NCBI GenBank assembly: GCA_944383135.1
Contig: CALWOL010000074.1
Span: forward strand, 5,483-69,482
Origin: an uncultured Flavonifractor sp.
GTDB taxonomy: Bacteria; Bacillota; Clostridia; Oscillospirales; Oscillospiraceae
Length of the DNA: 64,000 nucleotides
Direction: 5' to 3'
A program made the position numbers and the translations under genes. This document shows, one piece after another, positions 8,246-19,423 of the stretch (position 1 is its first letter; every line of letters starts with the position of its first letter). The notes under the pieces were generated by a model. The model was not told the DNA's origin. It did not search any database and saw nothing but the letters and a program-made list of their open reading frames with translations.

Positions 8246-11200
8246 ATGAGGACAGAGAGCTATTCGCAGCGGGGGCTGTACCGCCCCTGCTTTGAGCACG
8301 ATGCCTGCGGCATTGGCGCCGTGGTGGATATCCGGGGCAGGGCCAGCCACCGGACGGTGGACGACGCCCTGAAAATCGTGGAGCGGCTGGAGCACCGGGC
8401 GGGCAAGGACGCCAAGGGAGAGACCGGAGACGGAGTGGGAATTCTGGTGCAGGTCTCCCACCGCTTCTTTGCCCGGACGGCGGGCTTTCCCCTGCCGGAG
8501 GCTGGAGACTACGGCGTGGGGATGTTCTTCCTGCCCCAGGATATCCGGAGACGGAGCCAAATGAAAAAGCTCTTTGAGATGGTGGCAGGAAAGGAGGGCG
8601 CGGAGTTTCTGGGCTGGCGTGCGGTGCCCGTCCGGCCGGAGATTCTGGGCCTGCGGGCCAGGAAGAACATGCCCGCCATCTGGCAGGGCTTTGTCCGCCG
8701 CCCTGCGGGGACGCCCCGGGGCCTGGACTTTGACAGGAAGCTCTACCTGCTCCGCCGGGTGTTCGAGCAGTCCTGCGGAGCGGACGCCTACGTGGTCTCT
8801 CTGTCCAGCCGCACGGTGGTGTACAAGGGCATGCTCCTGGTCAACCAGCTCCGGGCCTTCTACCCCGACCTGGACAGTCCGGATTACCAGTCCGCCCTGG
8901 CCCTGGTCCACTCCCGGTTCTCCACCAACACCAATCCCGCCTGGGAGAGAGCCCATCCCTATCGCCTGCTGGCCCACAACGGGGAAATCAACACCATCCG
9001 GGGCAACGCGGACCGGATGCTGGCCCGGGAGGAGACCATGTCCTCCCTGATACTGGGGGATGACATGGAGAAGGTGCTGCCGGTGGTGGATGCCCGGGGC
9101 TCCGATTCCGCCATGCTGGACAACACCCTGGAATTCCTGATGATGGCGGGGATGGATTTGCCCCTGGCGGTGATGGCCTGCATCCCGGAGCCCTGGCAGG
9201 GAGACAAGAGCATCTCCCGGGCCCGGCGGGATTTGTATCAGTATTACGCCACCCTGATGGAGCCCTGGGACGGCCCGGCGGCGGTGCTCTTCACCGACGG
9301 GGAGAAGGTGGGGGCGGTGCTGGACCGCAACGGCCTGCGGCCCGCCCGCTACTATGTCACCGCGGACGGCCGGCTTATCCTGGCCTCCGAGGTGGGGGTG
9401 CTGGATCTGCCGCCGGAGGAGATTGTCCGCAAGGACAGGCTGCGCCCCGGCCGGATGCTGCTGGTGGATTTGAAGCAGGGGCGCATTGTGGAGGATGAGG
9501 AGCTGAAGGAGGCCTGTGCCGCCCGGCAGCCTTACGGTGAATGGCTGGACCAGAACCTGATTTCTCTGGACAGCCTGCCTGTCCCCAACAAGCGGGTGGA
9601 GCGCCACGATAGGGAGCAGCTTCACCGGCTGCTGAAGGCCTTCGGCTACCGGTACGAGGATGTCCACGACACCATCCTGCCCATGGCCCGCACCGGGGCA
9701 GAGGCCACCGCCGCCATGGGCACCGACATTCCCCTGGCGGTGCTGGACGACGTTGACCGGCCCCTGTTCCACTACTTCCATCAGCTCTTTGCCCAGGTGA
9801 CCAACCCGCCCATGGACGCCATCCGGGAGGAGATTGTCACCGACACCACGGTATATGTGGGGGATGACGGCAACCTGCTGGAGGAAAGGGCTGAGAACTG
9901 CCGAGTACTCCGGATTCAGAATCCCATCCTCACCTCCACCGACCTGATGAAAATCCGGGCCATGGACAAGCCCGGCTTCCATGTGGCCACGGTGTCCCTG
10001 CTCTACTACCAGAACACCCCGCTGAAGCAGGCGGTGGACCGGCTGGCGGTGGCGGTGGATAAGGCCTGGCGGGAGGGGGCCAATGTGGTCATTCTCTCCG
10101 ACCGGGGGGTGGATGAAAACCACGTGGCCATCCCCTCCCTGCTGGCGGTATCCGCCGTGGAGCAGCACCTCATCCGCACCAGGAAGCGCACGGCGGTATC
10201 CATCCTCCTGGAGTCCGGCGAGCCCCGGGATGTGCATCACTTTGCCGCCCTGCTGGGCTACGGCGCCCGGGCGGTGAACCCCTACCTGGCGGAGGAGACC
10301 ATTGTGGAGCTTATCGAGGAGGGATTGCTGGACAAGGACTTCCACGCCGCGGTGCGGGACTATACCCAGGCGGTTCTCCACGGCATTGTAAAAATTGCCG
10401 CCAAAATGGGGATTTCCACCCTCCAGTCCTATCAGTCCGCCCAGATTTTTGAGGCGGTGGGCATCCGTCAGGATGTGATAGACCAGTACTTTACCAACAC
10501 CGTCTCCCGGGTGGGAGGCATCGGCCTGGAGGAGATGGGGGCGGCGGTGGAGCGCAGCCACGCCAAGGCCTTTGACCCCCTGGGGCTGGAGACGGATCTG
10601 GAGCTGGACAGCCTGGGCGCCCACAAGGCCCGGGCCGGCGGCGAGGACCACCTGTACAACCCCCAGACCATCCACCTGCTCCAGCAGGCCGTCCGCCGGG
10701 GAGACTACGGGCTGTTCAAGCAGTACACCGCCCAGGTGGATGACGAGAGCAGGCCCCACACCCTCCGGGGTCTGCTGGACATGAAGGATGCCCCCGTCCC
10801 CATTCCCCTGGAGGAGGTGGAGAGCGAGGACGCCATTGTCAGGCGCTTCAAAACCGGGGCCATGAGCTACGGCTCCATCTCCCGGGAGGCCCACGAGTGC
10901 CTGGCCCAGGCCATGAACCTGCTGGGGGGCAAGTCCAACTCCGGCGAGGGAGGCGAGGAGCCGGAGCGGCTGGGCGATCCCGCCCGGAACTCCGCCATCA
11001 AGCAGGTGGCCTCCGGCCGGTTCGGCGTCACCAGTGAATACCTGGTCAGCGCCAGAGAAATCCAGATCAAGCTGGCCCAGGGGGCTAAGCCCGGCGAGGG
11101 TGGCCACCTTCCCGCCGGCAAGGTGTATCCCTGGATTGCCAAGTGCCGCCACGCCACCCCCGGCGTCACCCTCATTTCCCCGCCGCCCCACCACGATATC

Positions 11201-12778
11201 TACTCCATTGAGGATTTGGCCCAGCTTATTTACGACCTGAAGTGCGCCAACCGTCAGGCCCGCATCTCCGTCAAGCTGGTCAGCGAGGCGGGGGTGGGCA
11301 CCATCGCCGCCGGAGTGGCCAAGGCGGGGGCCCAGGTGGTGCTGATTTCCGGCTATGACGGGGGCACCGGCGCCGCCCCCCGCACCTCCATCCACCACGC
11401 CGGCCTGCCCTGGGAGCTGGGGGTGGCGGAGACCCACCAGACCCTGCTCCGGAACGGCCTGCGCAGCCGGGTGGTGGTGGAAACCGACGGCAAGCTGATG
11501 AGCGGTCGGGATGTGGCCATCGCCTGCATGCTGGGGGCGGAGGAGTTCGGCTTTGCCACCGCGCCTCTGGTGGCCCTGGGGTGTGTGATGATGCGGGTGT
11601 GCAACCTGGACACCTGCCCGGTGGGAGTGGCCACCCAGAATCCGGAGTTGCGGAAGCGGTTTTGCGGCAAGCCGGAGTACGTGGTCAATTTTATGCGCTT
11701 TATCGCCCGGGAGCTGCGGGAGCACATGGCCAGGCTGGGGGTGCGCACCGTGGACGAGCTGGTGGGACGCGCCGACCTGCTGGCCGTGCGTACCCCGGCG
11801 GTCAATGAGCGGGCGGCCACGGTGGATTTGTCCGCCATTCTGAAGAACCCCTGGGCGGGACGGGAAACCATGCACTTTGAGCCGGCGGACGCCTATGACT
11901 TCCGCCTGGAGGACACGGTGGATCTGAAGGTACTGGAGCCCAAGCTGGGAGAGGCTTTGGCCGCGGGGACGCCCCGGCGGCTGGAGCTTCCGGTCTCCTC
12001 CACCAACCGGGCGGTGGGCACCATCCTGGGCTCCGACATTACCCGCATCCATGGCAGCGCCCTGCCGGAGGATACCTTTACGGTGAAGTGCACCGGCGGC
12101 GGCGGTCAGTCCTTCGGCGCCTTCCTGCCCAAGGGCCTTACCCTGGAGCTGGAGGGGGATGCCAACGACTATCTGGGCAAGGGCCTCTCCGGCGGCACCA
12201 TTGCCGTCTATCCTCCCAGAAACAGCCCCTTTGAGGCGTCGGAGCAGATCTTGGTGGGCAATGTGGCCCTGTACGGAGCCACCAGCGGCCGGGCCTTCCT
12301 CTGCGGCGTGGCGGGAGAGCGCTTCTGCGTCCGCAACTCCGGCGCCGCGGCGGTGGTGGAGGGCGTGGGCGACCACGGCTGCGAATATATGACCGGCGGC
12401 GTGGTGGTGGTGCTGGGGCCCACCGGCAAGAACTTTGCCGCCGGTATGAGCGGCGGCGTGGCCTATGTACTGGACGAGAAGCGGGAGCTGTACCTGCGGC
12501 TGAACAAGGAGCTGGTCTCCATGGACGGGGTGACGGAGCCGGAGGACATCGACCGGCTGCGGGGACTGCTCCAGGCCCACCTCCGGGCCACCGGCTCGGA
12601 CAAAGCCAGGAGGGTCCTGGAGCGGTTTGAGGACTGGCTGCCCCTGTTCAAGAGAATTCTCCCCCACGACTACCAGCGGATGCTCCGCGCCATCGCCCGC
12701 TTTGAGGCGCAGGGCATGACCAGAGAGGAGGCCCAGGTGGAGGCCTTCTACGCCAACATCGGAAAGGCAGGGAATTGA
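8246..12778 (+). CDS. gltB: Glutamate synthase large subunit
   Basis: EHDACGIG, HSRFSTNT, HNGEINT, EPWDGPA, IKQVASGRFGV, CxxMRxCxxxxC. Confidence 0.97.
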   Translation: MRTESYSQRGLYRPCFEHDACGIGAVVDIRGRASHRTVDDALKIVERLEHRAGKDAKGETGDGVGILVQVSHRFFARTAGFPLPEAGDYGVGMFFLPQDIRRRSQMKKLFEMVAGKEGAEFLGWRAVPVRPEILGLRARKNMPAIWQGFVRRPAGTPRGLDFDRKLYLLRRVFEQSCGADAYVVSLSSRTVVYKGMLLVNQLRAFYPDLDSPDYQSALALVHSRFSTNTNPAWERAHPYRLLAHNGEINTIRGNADRMLAREETMSSLILGDDMEKVLPVVDARGSDSAMLDNTLEFLMMAGMDLPLAVMACIPEPWQGDKSISRARRDLYQYYATLMEPWDGPAAVLFTDGEKVGAVLDRNGLRPARYYVTADGRLILASEVGVLDLPPEEIVRKDRLRPGRMLLVDLKQGRIVEDEELKEACAARQPYGEWLDQNLISLDSLPVPNKRVERHDREQLHRLLKAFGYRYEDVHDTILPMARTGAEATAAMGTDIPLAVLDDVDRPLFHYFHQLFAQVTNPPMDAIREEIVTDTTVYVGDDGNLLEERAENCRVLRIQNPILTSTDLMKIRAMDKPGFHVATVSLLYYQNTPLKQAVDRLAVAVDKAWREGANVVILSDRGVDENHVAIPSLLAVSAVEQHLIRTRKRTAVSILLESGEPRDVHHFAALLGYGARAVNPYLAEETIVELIEEGLLDKDFHAAVRDYTQAVLHGIVKIAAKMGISTLQSYQSAQIFEAVGIRQDVIDQYFTNTVSRVGGIGLEEMGAAVERSHAKAFDPLGLETDLELDSLGAHKARAGGEDHLYNPQTIHLLQQAVRRGDYGLFKQYTAQVDDESRPHTLRGLLDMKDAPVPIPLEEVESEDAIVRRFKTGAMSYGSISREAHECLAQAMNLLGGKSNSGEGGEEPERLGDPARNSAIKQVASGRFGVTSEYLVSAREIQIKLAQGAKPGEGGHLPAGKVYPWIAKCRHATPGVTLISPPPHHDIYSIEDLAQLIYDLKCANRQARISVKLVSEAGVGTIAAGVAKAGAQVVLISGYDGGTGAAPRTSIHHAGLPWELGVAETHQTLLRNGLRSRVVVETDGKLMSGRDVAIACMLGAEEFGFATAPLVALGCVMMRVCNLDTCPVGVATQNPELRKRFCGKPEYVVNFMRFIARELREHMARLGVRTVDELVGRADLLAVRTPAVNERAATVDLSAILKNPWAGRETMHFEPADAYDFRLEDTVDLKVLEPKLGEALAAGTPRRLELPVSSTNRAVGTILGSDITRIHGSALPEDTFTVKCTGGGGQSFGAFLPKGLTLELEGDANDYLGKGLSGGTIAVYPPRNSPFEASEQILVGNVALYGATSGRAFLCGVAGERFCVRNSGAAAVVEGVGDHGCEYMTGGVVVVLGPTGKNFAAGMSGGVAYVLDEKRELYLRLNKELVSMDGVTEPEDIDRLRGLLQAHLRATGSDKARRVLERFEDWLPLFKRILPHDYQRMLRAIARFEAQGMTREEAQVEAFYANIGKAGN

Positions 12779-12780
12779 CC

Positions 12781-14235
12781 ATGGGAAAACCCACCGGATT
12801 TCTGGAATATCAGCGGCAGGGGAATCCCGCCCAGGCGCCCCTGGAGCGCATCCGGCACTTTCACGAGTTTCACCCGCCCCTGGACTGGGAGGAGCGGCGG
12901 CGGCAGGGAGCGCGGTGCATGGCCTGCGGCGTCCCCTTCTGCCAGTCGGGGGCGGTGCTGGGCGGTATGGCGTCCGGCTGTCCCCTCCACAACCTGGTGC
13001 CGGAGTGGAATGACCTGCTCTTCCGCAATCACCCGGAGCACGCCGCCGCCCGGCTGCTGAAAACCAACAGCTTCCCGGAGTTTACCGGCCGGGTGTGCCC
13101 CGCCCTGTGCGAGGCGGCCTGTACCTGCGGGCTGCACGGCGAGCCGGTCACGGTGAAGGAAAACGAGCTGGCTATCATCGAGGCGGCCTGGGCCGCCGGG
13201 CTGATGGCCCCGCGGCCGCCCAGGGTGCGCACCGGCAAGCGGGTGGCGGTGGTGGGCTCCGGTCCCTCCGGCCTGGCCTGCGCCGACTGGCTCAACCGCC
13301 GGGGGCACACCGTCACCGTATTGGAGCGGGCGGATGAGCCGGGCGGACTGCTGATGTACGGCATCCCCAACATGAAGCTGGAGAAGGGAATTGTCCGGCG
13401 GCGGCTGGAGAAAATGGCCGCCGAGGGGATTGTCTTCCGCACCGGCGTGGATGTGGGACGGGACAGGGACGGAGAGGCGCTGCGGCGGGAGTACGACGCC
13501 GTGGTGCTGTGCTGCGGCGCGTCCCAGCCCCGGGATCTGACCGTGCCCGGCCGGGAGGCCGCGGGGGTCTGGTTTGCCGTGGATTTCCTCACCCAGGCCA
13601 CCCGCGCCCTGCTGGAGGGCGGCCCGGCGGAGAAACACTATCCCACCGCCAGGGACAAGCAGGTGGTGGTAGTGGGCGGCGGCGATACCGGCAACGACTG
13701 CGTGGGTACCTGCATCCGGCAGGGCTGCGCCGGGGTGGTGCAGCTGGAGATGCTACCCAAGCCCCCTGAGGTCCGGGGGTCGCACAACCCCTGGCCGGAG
13801 TGGCCCAGAGTGTGCAAAACCGACTACGGCCAGGAGGAGGCCATGGCGGTGTTCGGCCAAGATCCCCGCCGCTGGCAGACCACGGTGACCGCCCTGCGGG
13901 CGGACAGCGGCGGCGCCCTGGCGGCGGTGGAGACGGTGGAGCTGGACGAGGCCATGAAGCCGGTGCCCGGGACAGAGCGGACCATCCCCTGTCAGCTGCT
14001 GCTCATTGCCGCCGGCTTCCTGGGGGCCCAGTCCTATGTGCCGGAGGCCTTCGGACTGGAGCTCACCCCCCGCTGCCGGGTAAAAACCCTGGAGGACGGG
14101 TATCAGACCAGTCTCCCCGGCGTCTTTGCCGCCGGAGACATGCGCCGGGGCCAGTCCCTGGTGGCGTGGGCCATCCGGGAGGGCCGGGAGGCGGCCCGGC
14201 AGGTGGAGGCCTGGCTGCTGGGGTGCGGCGGATAA
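12781..14235 (+). CDS. gltD: Glutamate synthase small subunit
   Basis: [46 protein letters not shown]. Confidence 0.96.
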   Translation: MGKPTGFLEYQRQGNPAQAPLERIRHFHEFHPPLDWEERRRQGARCMACGVPFCQSGAVLGGMASGCPLHNLVPEWNDLLFRNHPEHAAARLLKTNSFPEFTGRVCPALCEAACTCGLHGEPVTVKENELAIIEAAWAAGLMAPRPPRVRTGKRVAVVGSGPSGLACADWLNRRGHTVTVLERADEPGGLLMYGIPNMKLEKGIVRRRLEKMAAEGIVFRTGVDVGRDRDGEALRREYDAVVLCCGASQPRDLTVPGREAAGVWFAVDFLTQATRALLEGGPAEKHYPTARDKQVVVVGGGDTGNDCVGTCIRQGCAGVVQLEMLPKPPEVRGSHNPWPEWPRVCKTDYGQEEAMAVFGQDPRRWQTTVTALRADSGGALAAVETVELDEAMKPVPGTERTIPCQLLLIAAGFLGAQSYVPEAFGLELTPRCRVKTLEDGYQTSLPGVFAAGDMRRGQSLVAWAIREGREAARQVEAWLLGCGG

Positions 14236-14342
14236 ACAATAAAAATTACCGGTTTCAACAAAAACTGCCTGTATAATGTGGGAAACGCCGCTGGACTCCC
14301 GTGAGGAAGCCTTATCCAAGCCAAAGGAGCGTTTCATTGCCA

Positions 14343-14372
14343 GCAAAGGAGCCGGACCTTTCGGATATATTA
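14343..14372 (+). promoter_or_regulatory. Putative sigmaF promoter of spoIVB
   Basis: GCAAA-N15-GGATATATTA; spoIVB is forespore sigmaF/G-dependent in Bacillus. Confidence 0.45.
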
Positions 14373-14423
14373 AAATCAGCGTCAGCTGACGCCGATTTTG
14401 TACAGAAAGGAGATGCCGGCAGT

Positions 14424-15473
14424 ATGAAAGAAGAGAAAAAGGCGCGGCCCTGGGTGGCCGCGGCCCTGGCAGCGGCTGTGCTCATAACCTCCCTGGCACT
14501 GAGCCAGCCAGCCAGAGCCGCGGAGCCCGCCCGCACCGTGATTCCCATTGGTCGGGCGGTGGGAATCAAGTTGTTTTCCGACGGTGTTATGGTGGTGGGC
14601 TTTTCCGAGGTGGCCACCGCCCAGGGCCGCTCCGTGCCCGCTCGGGAATGTGGACTGAAGGAGGGGGACATCATCACCCACATCAACCGGGAGGAGGTGG
14701 ACACCATTGAGGATGTGCAGAGCGTCCTCCAGGAGGTGGCGGGCCAGACCATGAGCATCCGGGCCCTCCGGGACGAGGAGCCGGTGCAGTTTACCGCCCA
14801 GGCGGTGCAGTGCAGCAGCGACGGGCAGTATAAGCTGGGAGCATGGATTCGGGACTCCATGGCCGGAATTGGAACCATCACCTACTGGGACGCGGAGACG
14901 GGAGAGTTCGGCGCCCTGGGACACGGAATCAATGATGTGGACACCGCCCGGCTCATGCCCCTTCAGTCCGGCTCCATCCTCTATTCCGATGTGGCCGACG
15001 TGAAAAAGGGACAGAAGGGGGAGCCCGGCGAGCTGAAGGGCGCCTTCCAGGTCAGCCGGGATTTGGGCACCCTGTATGCCAACACCCCGGGAGGCGTGTT
15101 CGGCACCCTCAGCCAGGCGGATTTTTTTGAACAAACGCAGCCGGTGGAGGTGGCGGCCCGGAAGGAGGTTCACACCGGAAAGGCCGTTATCCTGTCCAAT
15201 GTGTCGGGCGACACCACCGAGGAATATGAGGTGGAGATCACCCGTATTTTTCCCGAAAATGAGCAGGATACACGCAACCTGATGCTGAAAGTGACCGATG
15301 CCAGACTGCTGGAGGCCACCGGAGGCATTGTGCAGGGCATGAGCGGTTCACCCATCCTCCAGGACGGGAAGCTGGTGGGCGCCGTGACCCATGTGCTGGT
15401 AAATGACCCCACCCAGGGCTACGGAATCCTGGCGGAGAATATGCTGAAGCTGGCCGAGCAGGCGGCGAAATAA
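14424..15473 (+). CDS. spoIVB: SpoIVB peptidase (S55, PDZ)
   Basis: WIRDSMAGIGT, FGALGHGI, GGIVQGMSGSPILQDGKLVGAVTHV; directly upstream of spo0A. Confidence 0.95.
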   Translation: MKEEKKARPWVAAALAAAVLITSLALSQPARAAEPARTVIPIGRAVGIKLFSDGVMVVGFSEVATAQGRSVPARECGLKEGDIITHINREEVDTIEDVQSVLQEVAGQTMSIRALRDEEPVQFTAQAVQCSSDGQYKLGAWIRDSMAGIGTITYWDAETGEFGALGHGINDVDTARLMPLQSGSILYSDVADVKKGQKGEPGELKGAFQVSRDLGTLYANTPGGVFGTLSQADFFEQTQPVEVAARKEVHTGKAVILSNVSGDTTEEYEVEITRIFPENEQDTRNLMLKVTDARLLEATGGIVQGMSGSPILQDGKLVGAVTHVLVNDPTQGYGILAENMLKLAEQAAK

Positions 15474-15478
15474 CGTGC

Positions 15479-15518
15479 AGCGGCTGGAAGCTCTTACCAG
15501 AGGAGCTTCCAGCCGCTT
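15479..15518 (+). terminator. Terminator-like hairpin after spoIVB
   Basis: AGCGGCTGGAAGCTC...GAGCTTCCAGCCGCT. Confidence 0.7.
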
Positions 15519-15590
15519 ACATTTTTGACAGAGACAAGCGGGGAAGAATGAGAGGGATTTTGAGAGAAAAGGAGAGTTTATCCGGGAAGA

Positions 15591-15667
15591 GGTCGAAAGA
15601 AGTCGAAGAGAAATAGCCATAAATTTCCAGAAAAACTCTTGCGCGAACTGTCTGATTATGGTAAATT
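15591..15667 (+). promoter_or_regulatory. spo0A promoter region: two 0A-box-like heptamers and a sigmaA-type promoter
   Basis: GGTCGAA (15591) and AGTCGAA (15601), 10 bp apart; TTGCGC-N17-TAAATT with extended TG. Confidence 0.45.
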
Positions 15668-15740
15668 ATAGACGACCGGTAAGAAGCCTTGGCCAGGCGG
15701 CAAACACAGAGCAGGGGAACCTGCGGAAAGGGTGTCAAGA

Positions 15741-16496
15741 GTGGAAAGCAGGAAGCGGATTTTGGCGGCGGACGCCAACGAGGAATTTCGCCGTGTTTTT
15801 ACGGCGGGCCTGGCGGAGGAGACCGACCTGGAGCTTGTGGGAGAAACGGGAGACGGGCCTGAGACGGTCCGGCTGGCAGAGCGGGAAGCCCCCGATGTGG
15901 TGGTGATGGATCTGGTGCTGGCCCGGATGGATGGGCTGGAGGTGCTGGAAAAACTGGCGGAGCTGCCCAATCGCCCCAGAGTGCTGGTGCTCTCCAGCTT
16001 TGTGCGGGGAAACGTGGCGGAGCTGGCGGCGGCCAGAGGGGCGGACTACTACATGATGAAGCCCTGCCGGCTGACCGCGGTCATTGAGCGCATCCGCCAG
16101 CTGGCCAACGGGGGAATGGAGGAGGAGCAGGAGGTCCAGGACAGAAACTTGGAGAGTACCGTCACCTCCATCATCCACGAAATCGGCGTGCCCGCCCATA
16201 TCAAAGGGTATCAGTATCTGCGGGAGTCTATCCTCATTGCGGTGAAGGACATGGAGGTCATTAACGCGGTGACCAAGATTCTCTATCCTGAGGTGGCCAA
16301 ACGCTTTGGCACCACCGCCTCCCGGGTGGAGCGGGCCATCCGCCACGCCATTGAGGTGGCCTGGGACCGGGGAGATTTGGAGACGCTGCAGAAATACTTC
16401 GGCTACACCGTCTCCAACGCCAAGGGCAAGCCCACCAATTCGGAGTTTATCGCCATGATTGCAGACCGGCTCCAGCTGCAGCAGAAGGAAAAATAA
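15741..16496 (+). CDS. spo0A: Sporulation master regulator Spo0A
   Basis: Receiver domain plus [47 protein letters not shown]; GTG start (15732 also possible). Confidence 0.98.
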   Translation: MESRKRILAADANEEFRRVFTAGLAEETDLELVGETGDGPETVRLAEREAPDVVVMDLVLARMDGLEVLEKLAELPNRPRVLVLSSFVRGNVAELAAARGADYYMMKPCRLTAVIERIRQLANGGMEEEQEVQDRNLESTVTSIIHEIGVPAHIKGYQYLRESILIAVKDMEVINAVTKILYPEVAKRFGTTASRVERAIRHAIEVAWDRGDLETLQKYFGYTVSNAKGKPTNSEFIAMIADRLQLQQKEK

Positions 16497-16498
16497 AA

Positions 16499-16542
16499 GC
16501 AGCTCCCCCGCATCGGAAACAGGTTCCGGTGTGGGGGAGCTG
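16499..16542. terminator. Hairpin between convergent spo0A and TetR genes
   Basis: CAGCTCCCCCGCATCGGAA...TTCCGGTGTGGGGGAGCTG. Confidence 0.7.
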
Positions 16543-16546
16543 ACAG

Positions 16547-17098
16547 TTATTTGATACAGGCAAAGCCCTCCGCCGCCCGGCGGATTTCCGGTTCCAGCAG
16601 ACGGGTCAGCCGGCCGACCAGAAATTCAGGGTCCTCCTTCATATCCTCTGAAATCCAGCGCATCAGAATGCCGGAAATGGCATACATGTAAAAGTCCGAC
16701 AAAAAAGAGCGGTCCTTTTCCGTCAGGGACAGATCGCCGGCGTATAAATCCAGCAGCTTTTCCACCAGAGCGTGGGACAGGGTGAAAAACTGGCAGTCGA
16801 TGTGCTCCCGACCGCCGGATCGGAAGATGTGAAAGACAATCACATGGTTTTCCTGCACATAGCGGAAGGCCAGGCGCAGCCCGTCCTGCCAGTCCCGGGC
16901 CCCCTGAAGGGTCTGCTGGGTTTCCCGCTCCAGGAACCAGCGCAGCAGGTCATAGATGTCCTGAAAGTGATAGTAGAAGGTCTGACGGTTGACCTCGCAG
17001 TCCTCTACCAGTTCCTTCACCGTAATGTCGTCCAGAAATTTTTTTTGCAGCAGCTTTTTCAAAGAATTTGCCAATGCCTGCTTGGTACTGAGGGCCAA
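16547..17098 (-). CDS. TetR/AcrR family regulator (DhaS-like)
   Basis: ITVKELVEDCEVNRQTFYYHFQDIYDL; RBS GGAGGTG before the TTG at 17098. Confidence 0.9.
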   Translation of the reverse strand: MALSTKQALANSLKKLLQKKFLDDITVKELVEDCEVNRQTFYYHFQDIYDLLRWFLERETQQTLQGARDWQDGLRLAFRYVQENHVIVFHIFRSGGREHIDCQFFTLSHALVEKLLDLYAGDLSLTEKDRSFLSDFYMYAISGILMRWISEDMKEDPEFLVGRLTRLLEPEIRRAAEGFACIK

Positions 17099-17223
17099 GG
17101 GACTCACCTCCTGGGACGCGTACAAGACGTCTAAATATCATTATAGCATGGAAACAGAATAAATTGCAATCCTATCCCCGCTGTGCTATGATGAAAAAGA
17201 CAGCGAGGAAAGGCGGTATGACA

Positions 17224-17472
17224 ATGACAAGTATGGAATTCCGGCCCAGAGGGGTTTGCTCCCAGCGCATGAACATCGAGGTGGAGGATGGCATTCTCCG
17301 CAGCCTGAAGGTGACGGGGGGGTGCAGCGGAAACCTCCAGGGAATTGCCCGGCTGGTGGAGGGAATGCCGGTGGAGGAAGTGATCAAACGGCTGGATGGG
17401 ATTCACTGCGGCTTCAAGAGCACCTCCTGTCCGGACCAGCTGGCCCAGGCCCTCAAGCAGATGGAAAAATAA
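17224..17472 (+). CDS. TIGR03905-like TSCPD domain protein
   Basis: PRGVCS, GGCSGNLQGI, CGFKSTSCPDQLA; start could also be 17218 or 17233. Confidence 0.85.
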   Translation: MTSMEFRPRGVCSQRMNIEVEDGILRSLKVTGGCSGNLQGIARLVEGMPVEEVIKRLDGIHCGFKSTSCPDQLAQALKQMEK

Positions 17473-17500
17473 GAAGCGGGACGCGTCGGCGTCCCGCTTT

Positions 17501-19423
17501 TTACAGCTTGGGCAGGCAGGTGAAGAGCAGACGGGCGTTTTGCAGATACCGCTCCACCATGCCCCGCAGCTCGCCCTGGGGCAGTCCCGCCTCGCTCAAA
17601 GCGGCCAGGCTGACCTGAGGGGGAGAGAGCCGGGAGCGGATTTGGTTGGCCAGCTCCTCCAGAAGGGAATATTCCTCCGGAGTGAGGGAGCCGGTCTGGA
17701 CGAGACACTCCACCTGCTCCAGTTCGGAGAACATGTTCCACAGGGTCAGCTGCATGGTGTGATAGGGTGCGCCCGCCTCCGGCGGAAGCTGAGCGATATA
17801 GGCCGACGCCTCGTGATACACCATATGGAACTGGGACAGCAGCTCGCTGAACAGGGCGGGGTCCACCGGGTCTCGCAGGCTGCGCTGCACCACCCCCCAG
17901 TACACCGACTGGAGGTAAAACAGGGAGCGCAGGTTGCGGCGGAACTGCAGATCCTTCCGGCTGGGCAGCAGGAAGCGGTTGACCAGAAGCACCAGAACCA
18001 CCGCCATACCCAGGTAGAACAGACGCAGCTGGATGGCCTCCCCCTTTTCCACGGTAAGGGTGGCCATGGTGAGGGCGAAGGAGGTGGAGAAAATGGGGTG
18101 GACCCAGGAGCCGGGAGTGCAGCAGTACATCAGGGCAATCATGGCCAGGGAGAACACAAAGATACCAGGCAGACCGGGCAGGAGAGGGTACACCAGGTGG
18201 ACCACCACACAGCCGATGGCGGTGCCGATGGGGCGGGTGACCATGCGGTGGGCGCTCTCCTCATAGCTGGGCTGGAGAAGCAGAAAGGCATGGAGAGGGA
18301 ACCAGTAGGTGTGCTCAAAGTCCCACAGGAAGCTGATGGTGCAGCTCACCGTGAGCACCACCGCCAGACGCAGGGCAAAACGGAACTCAAAGCTGCCGGG
18401 AGACAGCCGCTGCCGGAAATCCATCCACCAGTCCCGCCAGGCATGGGTGCGGAAGGAGGGACGGCTGGGGGCGAGAGGCTCCCGGCAGAGGAGCAGCAGC
18501 ATGTGGAGCACGCTACGGGCAAAAATGCGCAGCCGTCCCTGGGGAAGGACATTCCGCTCCAGCAGATGCTGGATTTCCTTCTCCAAATCCACCAGCTCGG
18601 CGGGGTGCCTGGCCTCGTGAAGGCGGCGGACCAGACTGGAGAGCTTGTCCATGACCTCAGGGAAGGCGGGAGTTTCCCGGGCCTCCCGCCAGGCGCCCTC
18701 ATCGCTGACCAGGTAGGCCGCCCGCTGGAAGAGCAGGGCGAAGAGGTGGTAATACCGCTTCTGCCGGTCGGGCAGATGGAAGAGGTGCCGCCGGTCATAG
18801 CCCAGGCGGTGAAACCGCTGAGCGGTGTCATACAGCTCCTGCCGGACCGAGGAGTCGCCGCCGTCCTCGCCCAGCTGCCGCAGCAGCTGGGACAGACGTA
18901 CCAGAGCGTTGTCAATCTGCCGGGCGGGGTCCGGCGCCCGGTGGAGCAGCCGGTCATACAGAACCAGCGCCGGGATGAGCAGAGCAAAGCAGAACACCGC
19001 CGTGAGAAACTGGGTGCGGAATTCCTCCGGCGTGGGGGGGCGCAGCTCCAGAAAGACGAAGGTCATGGCGAAGCCCAGATAGCCCTTGGGGGCAAACTGG
19101 CTGCTTCTCCAAAACACCAGGAACACCGGCACGGCCAGGTTCAGCGCCACGCACAGCCAGACGTTCCGGGTGGCGGCATAGGCCAGCAGGCAGAGCAGCA
19201 GCGGGACCAGGAACAGCCGGACATAGTCGGAGAGCGTATTATGTACCTTTCGCCGGATTTGAAACAGAGTGGTGGAGCAGGTGACCACAATAATATATCG
19301 CTGCCCGAACAGCAGCGAGACCAGCACAAATTGGGCCACATAAAACAGAATGGTGGGCAGCGCTTCCTTCAGACGGCTGCGGAACAGAGAAGGAAAGCTC
19401 TGGAGTGTGGACAGGACGGCCAT
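17501..19423 (-). CDS. FUSC-family membrane protein
   Basis: Two TM bundles; FRFALRL, YWFPL...LLQP, RPIGTAIG. Confidence 0.85.
   Translation of the reverse strand: MAVLSTLQSFPSLFRSRLKEALPTILFYVAQFVLVSLLFGQRYIIVVTCSTTLFQIRRKVHNTLSDYVRLFLVPLLLCLLAYAATRNVWLCVALNLAVPVFLVFWRSSQFAPKGYLGFAMTFVFLELRPPTPEEFRTQFLTAVFCFALLIPALVLYDRLLHRAPDPARQIDNALVRLSQLLRQLGEDGGDSSVRQELYDTAQRFHRLGYDRRHLFHLPDRQKRYYHLFALLFQRAAYLVSDEGAWREARETPAFPEVMDKLSSLVRRLHEARHPAELVDLEKEIQHLLERNVLPQGRLRIFARSVLHMLLLLCREPLAPSRPSFRTHAWRDWWMDFRQRLSPGSFEFRFALRLAVVLTVSCTISFLWDFEHTYWFPLHAFLLLQPSYEESAHRMVTRPIGTAIGCVVVHLVYPLLPGLPGIFVFSLAMIALMYCCTPGSWVHPIFSTSFALTMATLTVEKGEAIQLRLFYLGMAVVLVLLVNRFLLPSRKDLQFRRNLRSLFYLQSVYWGVVQRSLRDPVDPALFSELLSQFHMVYHEASAYIAQLPPEAGAPYHTMQLTLWNMFSELEQVECLVQTGSLTPEEYSLLEELANQIRSRLSPPQVSLAALSEAGLPQGELRGMVERYLQNARLLFTCLPKL

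Noticed and set aside
8222-12667. 1481-aa antisense ORF (similar ones at 2947-5334, 6342-8225, 24258-27476, 31834-35055, 37228-39933)
   Set aside because: Shadow ORFs opposite well-supported genes, expected from high-GC codon bias; no recognisable motifs.
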